Source of the DNA: Tricharina praecox
Taxonomy: Eukaryota
Assembly (NCBI RefSeq): GCF_024521635.1
Contig: NW_026250403.1
Coordinates: forward strand, 2,728,001-2,792,000
DNA length: 64,000 nucleotides
Direction of reading: 5' to 3'
Positions 10,304-21,722 of the stretch are shown here, one piece after another. The translations under genes and the position numbers were made by a program. The notes below the pieces were generated by a model. It did not search any database. It saw only the letters and a program-made list of their open reading frames with translations, and was not told the origin of the DNA. Numbering within the stretch: position 1 is the stretch's first letter; each line of letters opens with the position of its first letter.

Positions 10304-12915
10304 TATGAAGTATGTATTATTTGGTGGTTATTGAGAAAGGATTGTTATGTTGATTAACTGAAGCGAGTGACTGAAAGAATGACAAGAGAGCGAGTGAATT
10401 AAAGACCGTGAGATGCTGTAGTGAGAGTGAAGAAGATGGAGAATGCAAACAAGAGGCAACGCCGACCCCGATATATATACGATCCAGCTCGCCAGCTCGT
10501 CCCCATAGATTGGGTAGCTAACCTCCCAGCTCGGCAGCCACTCCCCCTGGTCACCTCAGCGAGCGTCTCCTTTCCCCCCAGAGTCCTCACACCTTACCTC
10601 CCCACTAACTGGATCAGCGGCCATACGGTGCTGTGCTGGGAAAGGGTTCATGGCGCTCGAGTCGCCTCGTCTAGGCTGTAAGCGGATGCACGATGGCCAG
10701 GTACTCTCTCCCCAGACCCACCAGCCATACGGTTTGGGCATAACGTTCTGTGGCCGAGAAGGAGCTCTCTTCCTAGTAGTCGCTCAGGGTCTGAGAGTGG
10801 CAATGAGTGGCGGGCCCGTGTGATGCAGTCGAGCTCCAGCAAGGAGCGCCTATTTTCGCAGCGGCCAATGCAGCCCATGCACTGGAACCTTCCAAATTGC
10901 GTTTGCTGCTGCAAGAAATTGGGACATCGAGATGGCTCCCTACAGCTTCAGCTTCCATATCAGCATTCCCCAGCTCCTCACAACTTTTGAGCAGGTGATA
11001 GCTCTCACCGAATAGGTACATACATTGAGCTCCTCGCAAGCTCTACGGGTACTACTGCCACTATAGTACCTATACCTTGGTAGTAGTATAGGTAGTAGCA
11101 TATGAGAGCACCACCTTGTGGGGCCCTGACCCAACCGGATGTCGAAGGACACTCGGAGCTAGAAATATCCACCAGCGCTTGGGAAGGAGTTCTAGCGTTC
11201 ACTCGCCATTCGCCATTCGCTGAATGGAGGTAAAGCCCTACCCTAGACCCGTGCGCCTCCCTGGTTTAAAGATGGCCGGCCCAATTTCGGCTCTGCCTGT
11301 AGGCTCGTGGAATAGAGTAGGTAAGCGGTAACTCGCGGACCGCTTCTGTGTATTCCACTCCACTCGTTAGTGAGTGCTAGTCAGCAGAGTAGAGGAGAGT
11401 AGGTTCATTTACCCCGTACTTGTCCATGATTGGGATAAGTACGGATTCGCGAATCCCGAAAGGATATGCCCTTGCCAACGACATGCCTTGGTACGTTGGA
11501 TATGCGATGCGATGCGATGCGATGCGAAGGAATAAAGGGGGGGTGGGTGGGAGTGCGTGCGCGCGAGACCCGGCGAAATGTAGCGCAAATTGTTGAGTGT
11601 GTAGAAGCGCATCGCATCTCCGGCCACGGCCACTGCCTCCCTAAGGGAGCGATCCGGATGGAGCATCAACTCGATTAGGTGGGAGCTCCCTCTCTCCTGT
11701 TGAGGGAATGCCCAGAGCCCAGCAAGTGATGGCCACGATTCGAACCCCTTACGCTATGCTGTGTTGGCGAGTGCAAGGCGAAGTTCAAACCCTCGAGCTC
11801 TCTCTCTTGTCCCTGTGCCGAGCACTTGGAAGGGAGCTCGAGGCGCACTCGTCGATCGCCATTTCGGACGATGCCCGCCACCACCTCCACCACCTTCACC
11901 ACCACCATCACCACCACCCACCGCCTGCCCGCCGGATGCAAGGCGGCCCAGCCGTTGTGGAAAAAAATAAAGAGAGGGCTTCCAGGCTGACGGGACGCAC
12001 GCAACGTACAACATCGAGCAGCCGTTATGTCTCACGGGATGATTACCCGCAAAAATAAAACATGCAAAAGCCAACATATTGTCGAGCTGTGGCGTGCGGC
12101 TGAGCTGAGATGTGAAGATTCAAGAAGTCGGGATGAAGCTCGTACCTTCTCTGTATGTAGGAGTGGCTGGGGGCGGGACTCGCGGGAGGGTTTGTGCGTG
12201 GTGCAGATGCATGGACACGGGGAGGATGGATTGACCAACCACTCTAGAAATTGCCGACCCCCACCGGGGACCGCTGTCCCTTTCTTGCAGTGCATTCGCT
12301 TGGCGGGATTAACCATCAACCCCATGCAGTTGAATGGGAAACTTGGCCGCGAGAATCTGCATGGCTCATGCATACGAATTCGAATCCGAATTCGACTTCC
12401 AAGAGAAAGTTAATTCATTGTCGCATGGCATTACTAAGAGGCACTTAGAATAGCGAGTCGGCGGCCAGGTGCGGGTTAGGCTGCGGAATAGGAGCTTCAG
12501 AAAGCCATCAAATGCTGGACACACGGGGTGATGGAGTACGAATGAGCACACCAGCACCCGGAATAGATCCGTAAGTCTCTCGGGGCCGGAACATGCCGCT
12601 CACGCCGATATTGAAGAGCAGCCGTGCGTTTCCGGCTTACCAACATCAACATTCCGTCCGCATCCACGAGGCTACGGCATCGGCGTTTGATCCGACGCCG
12701 ATGATGGAAGGGAGTACCTAGTCTAGGTACTCTACGCCAAGAGGTACATTTCTCTTGGAAATAGCACACGGTCCCAGAACCCAAGACGAAAGTTGAAACG
12801 GCTTGGGCATCAGAATTCCTGTTTGTGAGGACCATGTGGAAATGAACCCAGGATGAGATGTACAGTATCAAAAATACTGTAGACCGAGCTGAGATGAGAT
12901 GCACAGTATGTAAAC

Positions 12916-13011
12916 CGAGTTGATCCGCACCGTGTTGCGGTGTTTGTGAAGACTGTTTATACATAGATCGAGTTGACCCGCACCGTGTTGCGGTTTTTGT
13001 GAAGACTGTTT
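12916..13011. repeat. 43-bp direct repeat x2 (period 53), each copy with a CCGCA-n6-TGCGG hairpin
   Basis: cgagttga(t/c)ccgcaccgtgttgcggt(g/t)tttgtgaagactgttt at 12916-12958 and 12969-13011. Confidence 0.9.
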
Positions 13012-13864
13012 GTGGATCGCGGCGAGTCATTATCAGAGGAATCTTCAATCGCCCCAGATTCTTGCAGCGAGCTTGTTATCATAGTAGATCGTAGCATCAG
13101 CGCGAGGCTTGACTCCGCAGTGGCCGTCTCCTGCGGTTCCAATATACAGGCCGCAAAGGCTGATCAATTTTGATCACTCGGTTTGCACATTTTAACGGAG
13201 AATCTTCGATGTGAGGGTTTACGGACAAGCAAAGTTGCAATAATTGCAGATAGTACTCTATATCATTGTCTTCTCTCAGTCGTACCATCGCGGTGCATCC
13301 CTCGTAGCTCGTGTCCCTTCCTTGTAGTAATGGCTGTGTTTTGCGCTGTATCCTTTACTCTAGAGTAATAGCCGTTCAAACTCCTGCAACACCACAACGT
13401 ATACGTAATTCTACAGGACCTCAGTCCAAACTCATGAAGGTTCTGTCTACGTACATAATAGGCAGGTATGATATGACAACTTATCGGATGGCAGACAGCT
13501 ACAGAATGTTCATTTCACATGATATCACTCGGAAATCCAAATTTCTTGTCGGGTGATAGTCCCTTTTTCCCAGTATCCTACAAAATCTCTAATCTCGCCG
13601 TTCCGAGTGCGACGGAGGCTGCACCATCGGATGTGGCGGGGTATTATACCCACGACTCATAGGTATCGAAGTCTGGTAATTGATCGAGCCGCTGGGTCAT
13701 TGTGTATCACCAAGGTATCATACCTACAAAAAATGGACCTACACACACAAACTCACATACTGCGGCGAGGAGCCCCGAATCGGACCTGGCTCGCGGGATC
13801 ATCGGTTTGTTCCCGTACGATATCGGAGCCGATACCGAGTGTCATGTCGTGTCGTCGTTCATCC

Positions 13865-14833
13865 GTACATACCATATAGAGCCATGTAATAAAGTCACAA
13901 ACCTTATGGAAGCCTTATAAGAGGGCGATTTTGACACAATCCTCATGAGAATATTGTTAGCCATATTTGTGTAATTTTTCTGTAGGGTTTCTCGTAAATA
14001 AGGCTTATTTAGTCAGGGTTTTCAAATTCCGGGTCATATTGTTGAATAAGGCTTGCTCAATCCCGAGTGCTGTGGAAATCAGTCGCGACTCATAAGCTGT
14101 CTGCAACCCTTAACTACTAGCTACCACAACTTATGAGCCCGTATGAGCTCCATAAGGATGCCATAAAGAATTTTCACTAATAGGGGTGAGTAGGGCTTAT
14201 ACGCTCATAAGGATTCTTGAAATCCCAAGCAGCACATAATGACTTTTTCTACAACAAGCCTTATCTCATGCAACACTTATCACTTGTTGATGCTTTCCAC
14301 TTGTCGATGCTCTTGTATAAGGCTCATCGAACGCTTGTATCATACTTGCAAATAAATCAAGCGTGAGGCGCTCAAGTATTTTCTATATCGGGCTGACATA
14401 TCCCATATATAATGCTTCACAAAACCCGTCATTTTAACAGTCATTACGTACGCCAGTGCTATGCATGTTAAAAATAACTATATAGGCATGAGGAAAGTCT
14501 TACAGCTTACCAAGTGACAAGGTCGATTTATTTATTGGATGATGGTTTTCGTTACATATGCGTTATGTAGGAGTTACGAGAATTTTAGGGGGGGGGGGGG
14601 GGGGGTTGTGTTGTTTAATCATTGATTGCATGCGACCTATTTAGATCATGGCAATGAGAATTTTAGGGTTATGAGAACATAGGCCTTTTTTTTGATCTGG
14701 CCCTTATAAAAGCCTTATAAATTGGGCGTGCTTATGACTAGCCTATAGAAGGCTCATAACTAATAAAGTCCCCTCGGCTTATATACGGCTGTCATAAGGC
14801 TTATAACTTTATTACATGCCCTATGGTAAGTAC
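13865..14833. mobile_element. Non-autonomous TIR DNA transposon (MITE-like, ~0.95 kb)
   Basis: Imperfect TIRs of about 50-90 bp with a perfect 13-bp core: CATGTAATAAAGT (13883-13895) and ACTTTATTACATG (14806-14818). The element is AT-rich, has no ORF, and carries many internal ATAAGGCT/AGCCTTAT-like motifs. Confidence 0.75.
14578..14668 (-). mobile_element. Short retroposon-like insertion (65 bp) with a 13-bp target-site duplication
   Basis: GAGAATTTTAGGG occurs at 14578-14590 and 14656-14668. It flanks a poly-G run plus a motif that recurs at ~26150 and ~58950. Confidence 0.65.
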
Positions 14834-17800
14834 TCGTACAACATTCGTCGCTACGGCATCAGGCCACCGCGTCAAGTTCTAACGAAACAATAAACACCAT
14901 TAGAGTACGCGTCAACATGAGGGTATACAGTACTTCAGAGATTCCTATCCCGCCCCCTCATGGTGTCGTAAGTTACCAACGTTTTTCCCAAAGAAGAGGC
15001 GGTGCAAACGGACGAGTGATATCTCATGTACCTACTCATTAGAGGATCTCGCTCTCACTCTCACTCCATCACCTCCTCTACAAGACTACAACACCACTCG
15101 TCCGTCGTCCGTGCCTCACGCTTCAACCATTCACCGTGGTTCTCACATCTCACACGAACTTGCTGCGGAAGACGCTCGAGAAAGCCAAGACCAAGTACCC
15201 AGGTAGTTCCCGGATGCGTACCACGATGTTCCGCAACCACGGTATGGTACATAGAAGAAGTGAAGGCCTGGTGAAGTCGGAGAGGTTACAAGTTAAAACT
15301 GTGGATAAACATCGTTCTGTGCTCTCTGCTACCGCATTGCTCTCGCCGCTGCCACGACCCGTGTGCTCTCCGTATGTACCTTGGCCAGTCTGAAGAGTGC
15401 AGCCCGGCCGAAATAGCTAGCTACTTACTTAGCTGAGCTGAGCTGGTTTTGTACGTGGTTCGGATCTGCTATGTATGTAGGTGACTTTAAAGTTTTACTT
15501 AGTACTGGACACATATAGAGTACATTAGGTACCTACGTGAAGTCGCTGTTCTCGATTTTCCTGACCACAGTTCTTTCTTCGTTGACAAATATAGTTAAGG
15601 CGTGTTTAAAACACAAAATCTACTATTCCACCACCATGGCTACAGTACAGTACACTGTCTTGCTTCCCCCAGTTCGCAACCATTATGCACACACCGTGTG
15701 CTTACTCTATCATGTTGTATCACTCGCATTACATCCACAACGTCTCACTCACATCCCACCCCACGCACCCACGTACTCTCTCACCGCAAATCCCGCGGTC
15801 CGCGACCCGGCGCCCTGCATGAGCATGAGCGGAACCCACCACACACCGCACACCACACAGCACACAGCACACAGCACAAACATCAAAGTTCCACAGTTCC
15901 ACAGTTCCCCAGTTCCAGTTCCACAGATCGCCAAGGCTGCACCTTTGCACCTCTGCCCTCTGCATTTCTGCGTCGCACAAAAGCAGGCGCATGATGCTGC
16001 CAGATCAGGAGCAACCCTCGAGCAGCAGCAACCGCAGCAGCAATCCTCGAGTAGCAGTAGGTAGACTCTCGAGCCCCCGAGTCCCCGAGTTCTCCGCACC
16101 ACGCCGCAGTCTGACGTCAACGATTTTTTTCGTGCACCTTTGTGCACCTGCACCTGCGTTTCACTGCAGGCCTGGCCCGCGGCCGCGGTGGACTCAAGGT
16201 TTTGGGTTTTGGGTTGTACGGAGGGACGGAGGGAGGGGAGGACGGGGCTTCAGGAGTCAGGGCGGTGCGGCGTGTGCGGCGTGTGTGTATGCACACCTCA
16301 TAAGCACCTACCTAACATACATAAGCACCTAGGCCTTGAGCCTTGAGGTTTTGCGGCGGTGGGGGGTAACTACCGATGGATAGGATGGATGGATGGATGA
16401 ATGGAAAGGGGAGGGCCTAGACACCCCACTCGCACACCAGCAGCAGCAGCAGTCGGCAGACAGACTTCCAAGCCTCCAGCGGACCAGCCCAGCCCATCTC
16501 GTCGCTACCCAACCCAACCCAATCCAAGCTGACGGTACCGCCCCTCCCCCTCCCTCTCCTCCTTTTGCCCCCAGCCCTTTCCCTCCCCCTCCCCCGCCCG
16601 CTGCCGGCGTTCGATCCGCGCGGGGCTACAGCCTCGTCGGAGCCGACCGGCTGCCGGCCCGCGGCGCGCTGATGTTCCTTTCGCCGGGGGCCGGAGCACC
16701 AGAGCAGAAAGAAAGAAGTCCAGCGAATCCCGAGGCCGTGGTGCTGGTGGTGTTGGTGGATGCGAGTGCACCTGTGTACATACATAGAGGCTACATAGAG
16801 TAGGCAGTTGGTATCCTGGACTGGACCTGTCAGCTCGTGCCTACATACCCGCCCTGGGTATTCCTCTCCCCCACTCCAAGCCACTCCGAGCCACAACCCC
16901 GCGCCCCTTCCCCCGAGACGGACCCGGACGCATCAGAGGAATATGTATATAGGTATGTAATAGCAGGCAGCCAGTCTGTGGCTATGCCTCCAACCTCCAA
17001 CCTTCAACCTTCAACCTCCAACCTTGGGCCTGTGAGCCTGTCCTGTTAGTCACACTCGTCACACTCACGCATAAAGGAGCATAAAAGAGCATGGAGGAGT
17101 AAGAAGGTAAGAAGTATGTAAGCAGCGCTGATCGTGGGTGATCTCTCAGCTCAGCTCAGCATCAGCATCAGCATAAGATGCCAGACTCTGGATGATATGA
17201 TATGCTAGGCGCGTCCACATGCGAGGCTGTGGAGAGGTACATAGGTCGGGGGCGGCGGCGGGGGGGATCAACACCAACCCACAACCCACAACCCACAGCC
17301 CACAACCCACAACCCACTGCACCCAGACCAGACCAGTGCTCCTAGAAGCTGAGGCTGAGCCTAAAAATAAAAATTCACGGACGGAGGCGAAACTTGAAAG
17401 ATGTATGTATGCAGAGGTGATAATGATTTCGATTCCACAACAGACAAAACTCTTGGTTGTAATACCTATGATACTGGAAAGAGAAAAGAGAAAGCACAAG
17501 AAGATGAAGAAGAAAATAAATAAATGATATCAACGCCACTTCGTGTCCCCTCCCGATAGCCCTTGCCCGAAATAAAATAAAAAAAGAAATTGGAAAAATA
17601 ATAAACTCCAGTTTTCCCAAAAGCAAAAGCAAGCAAACCCCAATAAGCTCCCGGTTTAAGAAGTGAAGTAGAAGAGAAGAAATGTATGTAAGTAAAATGA
17701 CGTTGTCCGCGAACAAAACCAATCCGAAGCCAACAAACAAACCCCATTCTTTGCCGGTCAACCTTGAAGATAATTGATAAAAAACGCCGTTTGTGTCCCC

Positions 17801-18004
17801 ACCCTTTCCGATTCCCTAGATCTCCCTTTCCACCCTTGTCCCAGCCCGAGAAGAAAGAAAGAAGAAAAAGAAGAAAGAAAAAAAGAATAAAGAAAATAAA
17901 AAAGTTCCTCCACCAATCCCATCGACCTATCCCGTCCGTGCGTCCATCCGTGTGTCCGTCCATCCGTGCCGTGGTATGCCGTCCGTCCGTCCGCAATCAA
18001 TCAA

Positions 18005-18592
18005 TCAAACAGCGACCCGACGGCCGCTGCCATTATTCGTCTCGCGTGACTTTGCGGGCTTGGATCTCGACGATCTGGACTTATTGTTGGTGATTGACGA
18101 GCGCTTCTTGACGACGCCGTTGGTCTCGGTGAGACTTCCGGTGCTGCCCTTTCTCGAGCCGCCGCTGGAAGGAGAAACCCTCTTGACCAGCTCGCCGAGC
18201 TGGCGGAGGAGGTCGTCGTTGGTCTGCATGCGCGCCATCGACTGTCGCTTCCTCCGCACGTCCTCGAATGGGTTGTATTCGTTGTCGGAGGTCTCGGGGG
18301 ATGCATAGCGCGGCTTGGATTTCGAGGTTAAGGCGAACGAGGCCAGAGTCGACGTCAGCGGGTCGTCGTGCACGCTGTCGAAGTAGGTGTAGCACGAGTC
18401 GGAGTCTATCGGCGACACGCCAGGAGAGTGCATTGGCGACAGCGGTGGCGTCAGAGGCTCGGACGACGGGCGTAGCGTGAGGGACTGCCGGCCGGGACGA
18501 GACGCGGGTGTGGATGTGGATTTCGTTGGTGGGAGTAGTGAGTCATTTGCCGCGGAAGCTGCTGGCGAGGGGAAGCTGAAGTTCTCGAACAT
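18005..18592 (-). CDS. Small Ser/Pro-rich, largely disordered protein (195 aa)
   Basis: ATG at 18592 in good context (GCAACAATG) gives MFENFSFPSP. Codon usage is GC3-biased. There is a helical core (VRRKRQSMARMQTNDDLLRQLGELVKRV) and a basic C-terminus. Pyrimidine-rich UTR-like sequence follows. Confidence 0.75.
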   Translation of the reverse strand: MFENFSFPSPAASAANDSLLPPTKSTSTPASRPGRQSLTLRPSSEPLTPPLSPMHSPGVSPIDSDSCYTYFDSVHDDPLTSTLASFALTSKSKPRYASPETSDNEYNPFEDVRRKRQSMARMQTNDDLLRQLGELVKRVSPSSGGSRKGSTGSLTETNGVVKKRSSITNNKSRSSRSKPAKSRETNNGSGRRVAV

Positions 18593-20481
18593 TGTTGCGG
18601 TGATTGTAGTGGTAGTTTGATCTGCGAGTGGGGTTTTGTTTCTGCGGAGGCGGTGATCGATTGCGATGAGGAGTTGGACAGGTGTCGGAGATGATGGACT
18701 TTTTTTCTTTCCGATTCTTTTTTGTTCTTTTCGTTGATCGAGCTTTTCGTCAAGTACGGGCGGCGGGCGAGCGGGGAGGGGGGGTGGAGGGCTTTTTAAA
18801 TCAAGATCTCGACATGCAACCCTGCTATGCTGGCTTTGGCTGCTTTTGCTTTTGCTCTGCTTGCGCTGTTGGCAAGCAGAGCAAGCAAGCAAGCATAGAG
18901 TACTTGGACTACTCTACGCAGTTAGAGTGGATGTTACTTATCCATGCACCTGGCCGTGGTGGCTTGCTGCCTTTCCGCCGACTCAGCTTCCACCCGCATC
19001 ACACATCTCACTAACCAGCTAATAACTGATCCCGGCAGCGCAGTGCAGCGAAAACCGAAAGAAAGGCCCTCGCAAATCCACCGCCGCCGCTAGTGGCCTC
19101 TTCCACTCTCTTTCTCTGGCGGGAATCCCTGCGCCGAAGGGACGGTGGCCACTCACCTTGCACACTTCCCGGTTTCCAGAACACGATGACGCCTGTGCGT
19201 GGCGTTGGGCTGGTGGTGGTGGTGTGGAGAGGGCTCGAGGTGACAGGAAGATGAGGAAGGAGGGACGGAAAGGAAAAAAGGGAGCAACCGTATCCGACAA
19301 AAAGGAGTGGGAGTGGAAGGGAAAGAAAAGACGAAAAAGGGAAAAAAAAAGGGAAAGATAAAAAAAAAGGGGAGATAAAAATGAAAGGGAAACGAGAAAA
19401 AGAAAAGAAAGGAAAAGGGAGTTCGGAAAATAAAAAAGTGTCATTGCCCGTCCCAAACGATTCGGAACGCAATGGCTGCCCGAGAGGACGACATCTTCAG
19501 ATGACATGCTCACTCGTTCCTCAAGTACATCTACTACATACAACTGGTAGTACCGTAGTAGTAGTACACAGGCATCATCATCAGCATACATGCCTTCACT
19601 TGCGCATATGTATCTCCGGGTCGACATCGTTAGAAGTTTCCTCACCCCTTCCTTCTTCTTCAAGACAGATACTAGATAGCCGAAAGCTTCGAGCTGCAGA
19701 AAAGACAGAGACCCCAGCTAGGCCCCTCCTCCTCGTCCATCGAATCCCACGTCAGAATGGAATCCTGCGGGAGCGAAAAGCACTGGGTATGTGAGGACTC
19801 CGAACCAAGTGCATATCATGTGTGCACATGTATGTTGAGTGCCTACCTTGGCAATCTCGGTGCCCTGTCTATCGAGTCACCGTCACGGGTCAGTGTGGGT
19901 GTGGGTGTGGCCACTGGCCCATGATGATGATTCGGCCTTCGCATGGTGGTGGTCGGATATTCAAGCGGAGCGGAGCCTCACTTCACTTCACTTCATTTCG
20001 CCCTGCTCCATCCCGTCTCCCCACTGGTCGTGGAGTCCGCGATCGTGATCTGAGCCGAGAGCACTGTTATCGAAATCGGCACGCTGCTTCCGCTGCCCGC
20101 TGCTGTATGTATGGCAAAGTTTCGTTCGACGACACGATGGGACGCAGATATCGCTCTCTCCCTCTCTCTCGGTGGATGCAACGCGCGCACGCACGCACGC
20201 ACGCATGCAGAGACGGAAGAACATGATCCAACCCACAGGGACCATGACATCTGGCCTGCGGAGGCGCTCGCGTATCTTTGGTTGGGGACGGAAAGGTGTG
20301 GTTGATCACTTCTGGAACCCTTCTAGCGTCGTTTTTTCGTTCTGTTCCGCTTCGGGTACGTAGAGTGGTAGATGGTATTTTTGCCATCATCGCGCCGCCG
20401 TTTCTGGAATGCAGAACTGCTGTCGGGCTGGAACAAGCCTCTGGTCGACAGATAGCCCCATTCACAATTTCACATGGGGGC

Positions 20482-20532
20482 GGTGGTGGTGGTGGTGGTG
20501 GTGGTGGTGGTGGTGGTGGTGGTGGTGGTGGT
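20482..20532. repeat. (GGT)17 microsatellite followed by degenerate GGT repeats
   Basis: Read directly from the sequence. Confidence 0.95.
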
Positions 20533-21666
20533 GATGAGGATGATGGTGCTGGTGGTTGGCGGTGGTGGTGCTGGTGGTTGGCGGTGGTGGTGCTGGTGGT
20601 GCTGGTGGCTGGCCCTGACGTGTTCATGCTCGCCGCCCGCGCTGTCGCCCCTCAACGAGAGAGTGGCCGGCGGCGATGAGCAGAGATCAAAGGCACGAGA
20701 TCGGTCTTTCGTGCGACAAGCCGTCACCTCCCATGAATCTTCAGCTCTCATCGAGTCCCTCTACTCTAGATCCAAGCAGCTAGAGAACCAACTTCATGCT
20801 CGCACTCTTTCTTTTGTCCACGAGCGTTTATGTTACTCTACCGTACATATTCCCGCATGGCCTGCGGGAGCGGAGTCGATTAGCTATTTTTATTTTTAAT
20901 GCTCCCCTTTGTCCTGCTTCCGAATCGCATGCGCAGCGCATCGCAGCCCGTCCAGCCTCCGTCCCTTCTTTTCTCCCTTCGAAAGAAAATCCGGACGGAC
21001 TTCTCGGCGGTTCTGGACCTGCCACCCGTGGGCGGTTCGTTTGACTGACTGACTGACACCCATGTCTTTCCTTCCCTTCTTTCCTTCTTCCCTTCTTCCC
21101 TTCTTCCCTTCTTTCCTTCTTCCCTTCTTTCCTTCTTCCCTTCCCTTCCTTTTCCTTCTCTTCCCTGGCTTTTCTTTTGTCTCCGGAGTAAACAGGCGAG
21201 GAACACGCATATCTGCTAGTAATATCCACACACTGCACACACACACTGCACACACACACTGCACACACACAGAGACAGAAAGACAGACAGACACACAGGC
21301 GACTCGCGAGGTTGCAGACTCGCAGAGCGGAGAGGAGAGGTCGGTTATTAAAAGATCCCGTCGCTTCTTGCAGTGTGCAGTGTGCACAATGCATCTCGCG
21401 CGGTCTGGAGCGTGGGGTGGGGGGATGTCGAGTCTCGACAACTCGACTGTGACAAATGGGAACGTGTAAAGTCTATCTAAGGACGTGTAAGGAACGCGGC
21501 GTTGTTTGTTGCGCACAAACACTCACTCACTCGCTCACTTGGAACCGAAGCGATGCGATGGCTGTCGTTACTCCAATGACGGTTATTCACGGGGCCACAG
21601 TAGAGGAGAGGCGGCTTTCCAAGGCGCTCCAACGTGTCGAAGACTCGAAGGGAAGGGCGGCGAATC

Positions 21667-21722
21667 GGTGCTGCCGAGCTGGTGCTGCCGAGCTGGTGCT
21701 GCCGAGCTGGTGCTGCCGAGCT
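21667..21722. repeat. 14-bp minisatellite (GGTGCTGCCGAGCT) x4
   Basis: Four perfect units plus a partial fifth. Confidence 0.95.

Noticed and set aside
12780..13290. Kinase-like fragment (LHKHRNTVRINSVY...GILMP) on the minus strand
   Set aside because: No other kinase motifs are present, there are several stops, and the resemblance is too weak.
15026..15393. Possible decayed LINE ORF2 linker (SPWFSHLT...KAKTKY)
   Set aside because: Only a few residues across different frames, with no RT or endonuclease motifs.
18593..18892. N-terminal extension of the 295-aa ORF from a TTG start
   Set aside because: It has UTR-like composition, and the ATG at 18592 has good context and marks the start of coding-like codon usage.
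20067..20899. Poly-Gly/Pro/Val/Thr ORFs
   Set aside because: They are artefacts of the (GGT)n microsatellite.
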